This document shows positions 30,985 through 40,957 of a stretch of 64,000 nucleotides of DNA, in pieces. The position numbers and the translations under genes are program-made. The stretch's first letter is position 1, and each line of letters begins with the position of its first letter. The notes beneath the pieces are model-generated. The model was given only the letters and a program-made list of their open reading frames with translations, was not told the origin of the DNA and searched no databases. Source of the stretch: an uncultured Actinomycetes bacterium (GTDB lineage: Bacteria > Actinomycetota > Acidimicrobiia > IMCC26256 > DASPTH01); contig CAVOMW010000006.1 of assembly GCA_963697125.1 (NCBI GenBank), positions 79,354-143,353 of the forward strand, written 5' to 3'.

Positions 30985-31717
30985 TCAGTCGGCGAGCGCG
31001 CGCAGGCGGAACCCGACGCCGCGCACGGTCTCGATCCACCCGGGATCGCCGAGCTTCTTGCGCAGCGACGCAACGTGCACGTCGAGCGTCTTCGTCGGCC
31101 CGTACCAGTGCGGGTCCCACACGTTCTCGAGCAGCTCCTGGCGCGGTCGCACCGCGCCGGCGTCGTCGGCCAGGAACGCGAGCAGGTCGAACTCCTTCGG
31201 CGTCAGCGCGACGAGGTCGTCGTCGACGGTGACGCGACGCGTGCGGCGGTCGACAGTGAGGGCCCCGACCTCCACCACCGAGACCGCGTGGTCAGCGCCG
31301 TGCCCGTTGCCATTGCCGTTGCCGTTGCCGTTCAGCGGTGCCGTCGTCGGCGGCCGCGGGCGTGCGGCGACGCACGACGGCACGGATGCGCGCCACGAGC
31401 TCGCGCAGACCGAAGGGCTTGACGATGTAGTCGTCGGCGCCGAGCTCGAGGCCGACGACGCGGTCGACCTCCTCGGAGCGCGCGGTCACCACGATGATCG
31501 GCACGTCGGAGCGGGCACGGAGCTCGCGGCACACGTCGAAGCCGTCGCGGTCGGGCAGGCCGAGGTCGAGCAGCACCACGTCGAACGATCCGGCCGCGCT
31601 GCGCTCGAGCGCGTCCGCGCCGGTCTCGACGCGATCGACGGAGAGGCCCTCGCGTTCGAGGCCCTTGGCGAGCGGCGTGGCGATGGCGTCGTCGTCCTCG
31701 ACGATCAGGACTCGCAT
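30985..31717 (-). CDS. OmpR-family response regulator
   Basis: The receiver MRVLIVEDDD..VVLLDLGLPDRDG..ADDYIVKPF lies in ORF 31292..31777. The wHTH LTPKEFDLLAFL..TLDVHVASLRKKLG..VRGVGFRL lies in ORF 30985..31383. One frame break next to the (NG)n linker. Confidence 0.9.
31303..31332 (-). repeat. Hexanucleotide tandem repeat (GCCGTT-like x5) encoding the (Asn-Gly)5 linker of the response regulator
   Basis: cccgtt gccatt gccgtt gccgtt gccgtt. On the coding strand this is AAC GGC repeats, read as NGNGNGNGNG. Confidence 0.9.
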
Positions 31718-31905
31718 GTGGTCGACAGCTCCTCTGAGGCGGGGTGCGGGGCGGCGCCCTCCGAAGAGTTTCGACACCCAGGCCGTTTCCCTTGACGAGA
31801 TATCGGTCGTGCGTCACATCCCCTTCACCCGCCTGCGCTTCGAGCCGATAGGGCGGCGGAAGCACCTACGTCCGGGGCAGCAGCCGACGTCGGGGAGGCG
31901 GGGCA

Positions 31906-32130
31906 GTGCGACGACGCAAGTTGGTGGCGACGGCCGGGGCACTGAGCGTGACTGCGTTCGCGGCCACGGTGGCGATCGGCGCCAACTTCGGTCTGGTCGG
32001 TCAGGCCGAGCCCAGCTCCCCCGTCGGCCGACTCGACGACCGCCATCGGGTGGCCGCCGTCTCCGCGTCGGCTTCCGGCACCGCGGTCGCCGTGACCACG
32101 CCGGCCCTCGGACCCGACGCCGACGACTGA
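31906..32130 (+). CDS. Small secreted hypothetical protein (74 aa)
   Basis: Signal-peptide-like N-terminus MRRRKLVATAGALSVTAFAATVAIGA. Divergent from the response regulator gene. No homology I can recognise. Confidence 0.4.
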   Translation: MRRRKLVATAGALSVTAFAATVAIGANFGLVGQAEPSSPVGRLDDRHRVAAVSASASGTAVAVTTPALGPDADD

Positions 32131-32135
32131 CGCCG

Positions 32136-32155
32136 GGCTCCGCGGATCAGGAGCC
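32136..32155. terminator. Hairpin between convergent small ORF and rluD
   Basis: GGCTCC-gcggatca-GGAGCC. 6-bp stem, no U tract. Confidence 0.2.
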
Positions 32156-32160
32156 TCAAC

Positions 32161-33076
32161 TCACGTGCTGGAGAGCGTCTCCAGCAGGGCGGCCAGCTCG
32201 GGAGCCAGCGGCTCCTCCACCGCGATGCGGTCACCGGTGACCGGGTGCGCGAACGCGAGGCCGCCGGCGTGGAGGAACGGGCGGTCGAGGGTGAGTCCCG
32301 GGTCGCTTGCCGCCGTACGCGGCGTCGCCCACGACGGGATGGGCGATGGCGAGCAGGTGCACGCGGATCTGGTGGGTGCGTCCGGTCTCGAGGCGGCACA
32401 CGAGCCGGGCGACGTCGGGTTCGCGGTACGTGGCGACGACCTCGTACGCGGTGCGCGCCTCCCGTCCGCCTTCGCGCACCGACATGCGCGTGGGTCGACG
32501 AATGGAACGACCGATCGGCGCGTCGATCACGCCGCGCGGCGAGTCGGGCACGCCCCACACCAACGCGTCGTAGCGACGCTCGACGTCGTGGGCGGCGAGC
32601 ATCTCGACCAGCCCGTCGTAGGCGGCCGCCGAGCGCGCGACCACGAGCAGACCGCTGGTGTCGCGGTCGAGCCGGTGCACGATCCCGGGCCGCGCCGGGT
32701 CGCCGACGTCGGCGATCTCGGGGTAGCGAGCCAGGAGCCCGTTGACCAGCGTGCCGTCGACGTGCCCGGCACCGGGATGCACCACGAGCCCCGCCGGCTT
32801 CGCGACGACCACGAGGTCGTCGTCCTCGTAGCGCACCACCACGTCGATCGACGGGTCGGCCACCGGCCGGCCCGCCACCTCGGGCTCGGCGAGCACTTCG
32901 ACCACGCTCCCCGCTTCGAGCTTGCGGCTCTTGGGCACCCGCTCGCCGTCGACGAGCACCGATCCCGCTTGCACGAGATCCTGGACCTCACGGCGCGTCC
33001 ACCCGGTGAGCAGCGCGACGGCGCGGTCGAGCCGCTCCCCCGCCAGCGCGTCGGGCACCACGAGCTGCTCAGACAT
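32161..33076 (-). CDS. rluD: 23S rRNA pseudouridine synthase, RluD family
   Basis: S4 domain ERLDRAVA.., catalytic HRLDRDTSGLLVVA, THQIRVHL (ORF 32231..33076). The C-terminus LTLDRPFLHAGGLAFAHPVTGDRIAVEEPLAPELAALLETLSST is in another frame and ends at TGA 32163-32161. One frame break near 32290. Confidence 0.9.
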
Positions 33077-33598
33077 CGGTCACGCGCGCTCTCGCTGTCG
33101 CGCTCCTCGCGGCGTTCGCGCAGATCGGCACGCACCGCCCAGATCACGATGAGGATCGCGCCGATGGTGATCGCCGAATCGGCGACGTTGAACGTGGGAA
33201 AGTCGCTCACGTGCACGAAGTCGACCACGGCACCGCGGAGGAAGCCGGGCGCGCGGAACAGCCGGTCCATCAGGTTGCCGAGTGCGCCGCCGAGCACCAA
33301 CGACAACCCCACGACCATCAACGTGTCGCGGGTGCGGCGGACCGTCCGCACGAGGATCACCGCCACCACGATGGCGACGATGGCCAGCAAGGGCGTGAAC
33401 GCCTGGAAGAGGCTGAACGCGCTGCCCGTGTTGCGCACCACCACGAACCCGATGTCGTCGCCGATCAACCGGACGGGATCGTTCGGCAGCTGCTCGACCG
33501 CCCACCACTTGCTCAGCTGGTCGAGCGCCACGACGCCCAGGACGATCGCGGTCGCGAGGAGCGGGCGCCCGGTTCGTACCGGACCGGGCGGTCGGCAT
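33069..33598 (-). CDS. lspA: Lipoprotein signal peptidase II
   Basis: ATG 33598 (MPTARSGTNRAP), then LLATAIVLGVVALDQLSKWWAV..VVRNTGSAFSLF..GGALGNLMDR..VVDFV..FPTFNVADSAITIG (ORF 32527..33531). A break near 33560 and another at the 3' end, so the stop is approximate. Confidence 0.85.
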
Positions 33599-33621
33599 GG
33601 CCCGGGTCGCTCCCGGTGTCG

Positions 33622-34490
33622 CTAACGGCGTCGCTCGGCACGAGCCTTGCAGTCGACGCAGGTCTCGGCGTAGGGAAGCGCCTCGAGGCGCTCGAGGGTG
33701 ATGCGGCGGCCGGCCGGGAGGCAGACGCCGTAGGTGCCGTTGGCGATGCGCTCGAGCGCGCGGTCGATCTCGTCGACGATCTGCTGCGCCGACGCCGACA
33801 GCAGCAGGTCGCGCTCGCGCTCGATGTTGATGGTGTCGCCCTCGCCCGACTCCTCGTCGAACTGGGTGTCGCCGCCCTCGCGCTCGGCCGCGAGCTGGTC
33901 GGCTTCGGCCTGGAGCTCGGCGGCCGGACTGGACGTGACGCGCCCGCTCCTCGCGCAGGCTGGCCTCCAGCCGCTCGAGCGTCTTGGGTGACAGACCGGG
34001 CTTCTCGGGCTTGACCTCGAAGCCCGACAGCGGGCAGATCACGGTGGTGGGCTTGCGGGGCGCCTTCTTGACCGGTTCGGCCTTGGCTGCGGGCGCCTTC
34101 TTGGCCGGGGTCGCCTTCGCCGGCGCCGCCTTCTCCGCCGAGCCCGCCTTCTGGGGGGTCGCCTTCTTGACCGGGGCCTTGGCCGCCGCCTTCTTCGCCG
34201 GGGCCGCCTTCGCCGCCGAGCCCGCCTTCTCCGCCGAGCCCGCCTTCGGTCGGGGCTCGCCTTCTTGGCCGAGGGCGCGCCTTCTGCCGGCGCCGCCTTC
34301 TTGGCCGGCGCGGGCCTTCTTCGCCGGCGCCGTCTTCGGTGGCCGCCTTGTCCGCCGAGCCCGTCTTCTTGGCTGCGGGCGCCTTCTTCACGGGGACGGC
34401 CTTCTTCGCCGCGACCTTGGCCGCGGCAGGCTTGGCGGCGGCGGGCTTGGTCGCCGTCTTGCGTGCAGGCGGTTTGGGTGTTGCGGCCAT
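33622..34490 (-). CDS. TraR/DksA-family zinc-finger protein with N-terminal Lys/Ala/Pro-rich histone-H1-like repeats
   Basis: N-terminus MAATPKPPARKTATKPAAAKPAAAKVAAKKAVPVKKAPAAKK.. followed by more AKKA-type repeats in shifted frames. Coiled-coil EADQLAAEREGG..DEESGEGDTINIERERD. C-terminus RIANGTYGVCLPAGRRITLERLEALPYAETCVDCKARAERRR. Several frame breaks. Confidence 0.7.
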
Positions 34491-34499
34491 GACTTCCCC

Positions 34500-34616
34500 C
34501 GGGGAGCGAGCGCCGGATTGTAGTGGTCGGCCGTCGCGCGGCGGCGCACCACTCGGGGTGGTGCCCGCGCGTCAATCAGCGGAAGGGCTGCAGGTGGGCG
34601 CCGGTACGATCCCGGG
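34500..34616 (+). promoter_or_regulatory. Candidate ileS leader with a T-box-like element
   Basis: GGGGUGGUGCCCGCG (34555-34569) matches the T-box core GGGUGGUACCGCG at all but 2 positions, directly upstream of ileS. Alternative pairings: GCACCAC/GUGGUGC (34546-34564) and GCCCGC/GUGGGC (34563-34599). Stem I and the specifier were not convincingly identified. Confidence 0.35.
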
Positions 34617-37600
34617 GTGACCTTCGATCCCGTCGCGCCGTCCCTCGATCTCGTGGCGCTCGAGCACGCCGCACTCGACCGCTGGGACGTCGACGACGTC
34701 TTCGCCGAGAGCCTCCGCCGACGGGTCGGCGCCCCGGAGTGGGTGTTCTACGAAGGGCCCGCCCACCGCCAACGGCCGGCCCGGGATCCACCACGTGTGG
34801 GCCCGCCTCTTCAAGGACCTCTACCCGCGCTTCCAGACCATGCGGGGCCACCACGTCGCCCGCAAGGGCGGGTGGGACTGCCACGGCCTCCCGGTCGAGG
34901 TCGAGGTCGAGAAGGAGCTCGGCATCCACAACAAGCACGAGATCGAGGCGTTCGGCATCGGCGAGTTCAACCGGCGCTGCCGGGAGTCGGTGCACCGCTA
35001 CGTCGAGCGACTGGTCGAGTCGCTCACCAACGCGCATCGGCATGTGGCTCGACACCGACCGACGCCTACTGGACGCTCGACAACTTCGTACATCGAGACG
35101 GTGTGGTGGCTGTTCCGCCAGATGTGGGACAACGGCGACATCTACGAGGGCCACAAGGTGGTCCCGTACTGCGGCCGCTGCGGCACCGCGCTGTCGAGCC
35201 ACGAGCTCGGCCAGCCCGGCGCGTACCAGGACGTCACCGAGCCGTCGGTGTACGTGCGCTTCCCCGTCGTCGACCGCGACTTCGACCTGCTGGTCTGGAC
35301 CACCACGCCGTGGACGCTGGTGTCCAACGTCGGCGCCGCGGTCGGGACCCGAGGTCGAGTACGTGCGCGTGCGCGGCGCCCGACGGGCGGCCGCGACCTG
35401 GTGATGGCGTGCAGCGCGCGTCGCCGACGTGCTGGGCGACGACGCCGAGGTCGCTCGGTCCGGTCGCGGTCGACGAGCTCGTCGGCCTGCACTACGAGCG
35501 ACCCTTCGACCTCCTCGACCTCGACGCCGGCTCCGTGCGAACGGCGGGCGGTGGCGCGCGGATCGTCGCCGCCGACTTCGTGACCGTCGACGACGGTTCG
35601 GGCATCGTGCACCTCGCCCCCGCGTTCGGCGAGATCGACCGCGAGGTCGCCGAGCGCCGAGGGCCTCCCGATGCTCAACCCCGTCGGACCCGCGGCCGCG
35701 TTCGTCGACACGCCGCTCGGCAGCACGCCGTGGGCGGGCATGTTCGTGAAGGACGCCGATCCCGCGATCATCGACGCGCTCGCCGCCGCCGGGAAGCTCG
35801 TGACCGTCGTCGACTACACGCACTCGTACCCGCACTGCTGGCGCTGCGGCACCCCGCTCATCTACTGGGCCAAGCCCACCTGGTTCGCGCGCACCTCCGC
35901 GCACAAGGACGAGCTGCTGCGCGAGAACGAGACCATCGGCTGGCACCCGGCGCACATCAAGCACGGCCGCTTCGGCGACTGGCTCGAGAACAACGTCGAC
36001 TGGGCGCTCTCGCGCGACCGCTTCTGGGGCACGCCGCTGCCCGTGTGGCGCTGCGACGACTGCGGCACCGACACGTGCATCGGCTCGGTGGCCGAGCTCG
36101 CCGAGCGGTCCGGGCGCGACCTCGCCGAGCTCGACCTGCACCGGCCCGACGTCGACGACGTCACCATCGACGTGCCCGAAGTGCGAACGGCCCGGCGCAC
36201 GTCGCGTCGAACCCGTGCTCGACGCGTGGTTCGACTCCGGCGTCGATGCCGGCGGCGCAGTTCCACTACCCGTTCGAGACCGGCGCCGACGGACCGTTCG
36301 AGCGCCGCTTCCCCGCCGACTTCATCTGCGAGGCGATCGACCAGACGCGCGGCTGGTTCTACTCGCTGCTCGCGGTCAACACGCTGGTGTTCGGCGCGCA
36401 CGCCCTACCGCAACGTCGTGTGCCTGGCGCTGCGTCGTCGACAAGGACGGCCAGAAGATGTCGAAGTCGACGCGGCAACGTCATCGACCCGTGGACGGTC
36501 CTCGACACGCGCGGCGCCGACGCGCTGCGCTGGTACTTCTTCTCCGCCGGCTCGCCGTGGACGCCGCAGCGCGTGTCCGTCGAGGCGCATCGACGAGTCG
36601 ACGCGCCAGTTCCTCGCTGACGCTCTGGAACACGTACTCGTTCTTCGTCACCTACGCGAACCTCGACGGCTGGGCGCCCGGCGCCGACCGCGGCCGCGCA
36701 CCGACGCACGTGCTCGACCGGTGGGTGCGCTCGCGGCTGCACCGCACCGTCGCCGCGGTCACCGAGTCGCTCGAGGGCTTCGACGCGCTGCGCGGCGCGC
36801 AGGCGCTCGACGGCTTCGTCGACGACCTGTCGAACTGGTACGTGCGCCGTTCACGCGCCCGCTTCTGGAACGTCGGACGACCGCGTCGGCGCACGCCACC
36901 CTGCACGAGTGCCTCTCGACGCTCGCGCTGCTGCTCGCGCCGTTCTGCCCCGTTCGTCGCCGACGAGCTGCACCGCAACCTCGCCGGCGCCGCGCGAGTC
37001 GGTGCACCTGGCCGACTGGCCCGCCGTCGACGACGGCGCGCTCGACGACGCGCTCGAAGCCGAGATGGAGCGCGCCCGCGCGGTCGTGTCGCTCGGTCTG
37101 TCGGCCCGCAACGAGGCGAAGCTCGAAGGTGCGCCAGCCGCTTCGACGGGCGCTGGTGCTCCTGCCCGAGGGCGGTGCGTTCTCCGACGCGGTGGCCGCC
37201 GAGGTCGCCGACGCGCTCAACGTGAAGCAGCTCGAGGCGGTCACCGACCTCGAGGGCCTGCTCGAGTACTCGGTGCTCCCCAACTTCAAGGCGCTCGGCC
37301 CGCGCGTCCGCGGCCAGATGCCGCTGGTGAAGGAGGCGCTTGCAGACGCCGACGGCGGCGCGGTCAAGCGCGCGCTCGACGCCGACGGCGCGCTACGACC
37401 TCGTGCTCGCCGACGGCACGACCGTGCACGCTCGGGCCCGACGACGTCGAGGTGCGCGCGCGAGTCGCACGCCGAGCTCGCGCTCGCGCAGGAAGGCGGC
37501 TACGCGGTCGCCCTCGACACGCACCGTCGACGACGAGCTCCGCGCCGAGGGCATCGCCCGCGACCTCATCCGCCTGCTCAACGACCAGCGCAAGGCCGCG

Positions 37601-37825
37601 GGCCTGGAGATCGCCGACCGCATCCGCGTGCGCCTCGGCGCGACCGGCCGGGTCGAGGCCGCCGCGCACGCGCACCGCGACTGGATCGCGCGCGAGGTGC
37701 TGGCGGTCGAGTTCGACGTGGTGGCCGGAGTGACCGACGACGCGCCGCGCGTCGATGTCGACGGCGATGCGGTGTCGGTGGAGTTCGACGCGTCGAACGC
37801 TGACGTCAGCGACAAAGGCGGCTGA
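34617..37825 (+). CDS. ileS: Isoleucine--tRNA ligase (heavily frame-broken)
   Basis: Conserved peptides hop among all three plus frames: EWVFYEGP / PTANGRPGIHHVWARLFKD / GWDCHGLPVE / YIETVWWLFRQMW / PYCGRCGTAL / WTTTPWTL / SYPHCWRCGTPLIYWA / WALSRDRFWGTPLPVW / EAIDQTRGWFYS / DGQKMSKS / ..VSVEFDAS. About 25 frame switches. Confidence 0.9.
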
Positions 37826-37836
37826 CGAGCGTCAGC
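37821..37836. terminator. Hairpin between convergent ileS and divIVA
   Basis: GCTGAC-GAGC-GTCAGC overlapping the ileS stop. 6-bp stem, no U tract. Confidence 0.2.
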
Positions 37837-37845
37837 GACGCAGCT

Positions 37846-39114
37846 TCAACGACGACGGCGGAAGCGCCGGCGGTCCTGCTCGGAGCTGTTGTCGAAGAAC
37901 TGCGCCTGCTCGTCGTCACGTGGACCGAGCGGCGCGTCGTCGCGGACTGCTTCGCGCAACGACGCGAAGAACGCGTCGTCGTCGAGCGAGTCGGTGTCGA
38001 TCGCGTTGGCCTCCATCGGCACGTCGGACGCGAACGACTCGGCGGGCGGCGGCGCGGCCGCAGTGGCTGCGCCGTCGCGCTCCCACGGTGCCGGTGCATC
38101 CCACACTTCGCTCGACGACGCCCACTCGGAGTCGGACGACGACGACAGCCAGGAATCGCCCGCCGGCGCGCCTGCGGCGACGCGGCGGCGTGACGTTGCC
38201 GACGGCGCGGGCGCGGCTTCGGCGGTGGGTGCGGGCGGCGGCCACTCCGCGGGCTCGGGCCGCGGCGGCGCGGCGACGGGCGACCGGGGCGCCGACGCCT
38301 CGGCTGCGAACGGGCTGGGCTCCGCACCGCTGTCGCCACCGCCGGCGAGTCCGCCGATGGCACGCGTCGCGGGTCCGGAGTCCCAGGCGTCGTCGCCCGA
38401 AGACCCGCCGGAGTCGCGCGTGTCGGTGAGGTCGACCTCGGGCGCGGCCGCCGGCACCGGCGCGGGTGCGGGCGCCGGATGCGTCTCGATCACCGCGGCC
38501 ACCGCGGCGGTGGGGGCCGGGTCACGCTCGACCGGGATCTCGACGTCGTGGAGCTCGGGACGCTCCGTCGGCGGCTCGACGTCGCCGCCGAGCTTCGCCA
38601 GGTCGCCCTCGATCGCCGACCGGATGCGGTCGCGGTAGCCGGCGACGTACTCCTCGAGTGCGTCGGCGTCGGAGCGCAGCTGCTCGCGTCGGGCGGAGAG
38701 GTCGAGCAGCTCGGTCTCGAGCCGGCGACGCTCACCTTCGGCGATGCGGCGGGCGGTGGCCTCGGCGTCGCTGACGAGGGTCTGCGCCTTCGCCTCCGAC
38801 TCCTCGAGCAGTTGCTTCGCTCGCGCCTGCGCCTCGTTCACCGCGTCGTCGGCGGCGCGCTGCGCGAGCAGCAGCGTGCGCTGCAGCATCTCGGCGTCGT
38901 CGCGACTCGACGGCAGCGGCACCTCGGCGGGCGGCGCGGCCGCAACCGCGGCGGCGACCGGTGCAGGGCGACTCTGCGCTTCCTGCACCTCCTGCGTGAG
39001 GCTCTCGATCGTGACTGCTGCACGCTCGAGCAGGTCGTCGACCTCGTCGCGGTCGTACCCCCGCCACGAGTCCTTGATCTCACTGCTGCGAAGTTCCTGG
39101 GGCGTCACGTCCAT
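37846..39114 (-). CDS. divIVA: DivIVA-family cell-division/polar-growth protein with long disordered C-terminal extension
   Basis: From Met94 of ORF 37846..39393: MDVTPQELRSSEIKDSWRGYDRDEVDDLLERAA (DivIVA N-terminal domain), a coiled coil, then ~250 aa rich in Pro/Ala/Ser/Asp. Intact. Confidence 0.85.
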   Translation of the reverse strand: MDVTPQELRSSEIKDSWRGYDRDEVDDLLERAAVTIESLTQEVQEAQSRPAPVAAAVAAAPPAEVPLPSSRDDAEMLQRTLLLAQRAADDAVNEAQARAKQLLEESEAKAQTLVSDAEATARRIAEGERRRLETELLDLSARREQLRSDADALEEYVAGYRDRIRSAIEGDLAKLGGDVEPPTERPELHDVEIPVERDPAPTAAVAAVIETHPAPAPAPVPAAAPEVDLTDTRDSGGSSGDDAWDSGPATRAIGGLAGGGDSGAEPSPFAAEASAPRSPVAAPPRPEPAEWPPPAPTAEAAPAPSATSRRRVAAGAPAGDSWLSSSSDSEWASSSEVWDAPAPWERDGAATAAAPPPAESFASDVPMEANAIDTDSLDDDAFFASLREAVRDDAPLGPRDDEQAQFFDNSSEQDRRRFRRRR

Positions 39115-39215
39115 GGGAGGCCATGGTAGCGAGGACCCACCCGCCGGGCTGACCCCTCGACCCTCGTCGCTCCGCTCCTGCGTCCCGACCGGGGACGGAG
39201 CGAGCCAGCGACGGG

Positions 39216-39461
39216 CTAGGACGCCAGGAACGAATAGAGGAAGAAGAGGACGAAGAAGACGATCATGAACGAGACGTCGAACATGCCGACGGGCGGGATG
39301 ACCCGACGCACCGGGCGCAGCACCGGCTCGGTGAGCTCGAACAGCAGCGTGTTGACCTGCGCGAGGAACGTGCCGCCCCGCACCGGGAACCACGACAGCA
39401 CCGCGCGTGCGGCGAGGATGATCAGGTAGATGAGGACGATGTAGGCGAGGGCGTGGGCCAC
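39216..39461 (-). CDS. yggT: YggT-family membrane protein
   Basis: Intact 81-aa ORF with 2 TMs and LAARAVLSWFP. Canonical position between sepF and divIVA. Confidence 0.85.
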   Translation of the reverse strand: MAHALAYIVLIYLIILAARAVLSWFPVRGGTFLAQVNTLLFELTEPVLRPVRRVIPPVGMFDVSFMIVFFVLFFLYSFLAS

Positions 39462-39488
39462 GGGATCAGGGTGTCAGGCGTGGCACGG

Positions 39489-40134
39489 TCAGGGCTGGAA
39501 GAGGCCCCGGGCCTGCAGCCGCTCCTTCTCCTCTTGGGAGACCTCGACGTTGCTCGGCGTGAGGAGGAAGACCTGGTTGGCGACGCGCTGCATGTTGCCG
39601 GCGACCGCGTAGGCGAGGCCGCTCGAGAAGTCGATCAGGCGCCGCTGCAGCTCGCGCGGCAGCCCTTGCAGGTTCAGGATGACGGGCTGGTTCGCCTTGA
39701 GGCGGTCGCCGACCTCCTGCGCGTCGTTGAAGCCCTGCGGCTCCACGACGTGGACCCGGGCTGCGGTGGTGGGGCCGATGGTGCGCACGACGCTCGGGCG
39801 CGGCGCCGACATCCCTGACGGCTCCTCACGCGGTGCGGCAGCCCGAGGCGGCGCCGGTGCGGGCGCCGGGGCCGGTTCGGCGGGTGCGCCGTAGCTCGGC
39901 TCCGTAGTCGGTGGCGTACTCGGTCTCGGAGGGACGGGTGCGCACGGTCCCGCTGTCGCGCGAGACGCGACCGTCGGGGGCCTCGCCCCCGGCCTCACGA
40001 CGCGGGCGCGCGGCCTGCGGCTCCTCGGCGGGATCGCCGTAGTCGCCGTAGGTCTCGTACTCACCCCCGTAGTCGAGCTCGTCGTCGTCCTGGAGACCCA
40101 GGTAGACCATCGCCCGACGCCACATCGATGCCAT
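39489..40134 (-). CDS. sepF: Cell division protein SepF
   Basis: N-terminal amphipathic MASMWRRAMVYLGL lies in ORF 39826..40134. The core VHVVEPQGFNDAQEVGDRLKANQPVILNLQGL..LIDFSSGLAYAVAGNMQRVANQVFLLTP lies in ORF 39489..40064. Frame break(s) in the linker near 39850-39900. Confidence 0.9.
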
Positions 40135-40166
40135 GCGCGTCTGCCTCCCTCGACAGGCCAGTCAGC

Positions 40167-40947
40167 CTAGGAGATGGAGCGGATGCCGACAGCCCGGCGG
40201 TGGACGCCGTGCCGGCGGCGCCGGTCGTCGCGGAGCGCAGCGGAGGCGGCGGATCGGGCGGGTGCCGGACCGGCGACGGCGGCACTGAGGTCACCGCCGT
40301 GACGCAGCTCGGGTCGTGCGCGGGCGCCGAACAGGGCCCGGCCGACCCGCACCATCGTCGCCCCCTCCTCGACCGCGATGTCGAAGTCGTCGGTCATGCC
40401 CATCGACAGCTCCGCGAGCTCGAGGGCGACGGCCTGCTCGCGCGAGCCGCGCGAACCAGCGCCGGGGGTCGTCGTCGTGGGGCGGCACCGTCATGAGCCC
40501 GGCGACGTCGAGGCCGTCGACGCGCAGGGCATCGACGAGCGCCGGCACCATCGCCGGCGGGCAGCCGCCCTTCTGCGGCTCCTCCCCCACGTTCACCTCC
40601 ACGAGGACGCGTGCGCCCGGGGCGCGCCGGGCGATCTCGGCGCCGAGCTCGGCCCGATCGACCGACTGCCAGCAGCTGACCCACGGCGCGAGCTGGCGCA
40701 CCTTGTTGCGCTGGAGCTGTCCGAGGAAGTGCCACTGCGCGCCCTGCACCGCGGTCTTCGCGAGCAGCTCCTGGGCGCGGTTCTCGCCGACGTTCACCAC
40801 GCCGGCATCGACGACCTGCTGCACGCGCTCGACGTCGACGGTCTTGGTCGCCGCGACCAGCGTGATCGTTGCCGGGTCGCGACCGGCGCGTGCGGCAGCG
40901 GCCGCGATGCGGTCGCGCACTTCGGCGACGCGCTCCTCGACGGTCAC
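40167..40947 (-). CDS. yggS: YggS/YlmE-family PLP-binding (PLP homeostasis) protein
   Basis: From GTG 40947: [30 protein letters not shown].. lies in ORF 40291..41283. [28 protein letters not shown] lies in ORF 40167..40403. One break near 40410. The 3' end could be 40291 or 40167. Confidence 0.85.
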
Positions 40948-40957
40948 CCGGCGACGC

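Noticed and set aside
34040-34490. Tandemly repetitive GC-rich DNA as a possible satellite or CRISPR-like array (also checked 56241-56311 and 31303-31332)
   Set aside because: The units are short (6-18 nt), contiguous without unique spacers, and translate into low-complexity protein segments (AKKA repeats, AKPRVx, NG) inside recognisable genes. They are not CRISPR.
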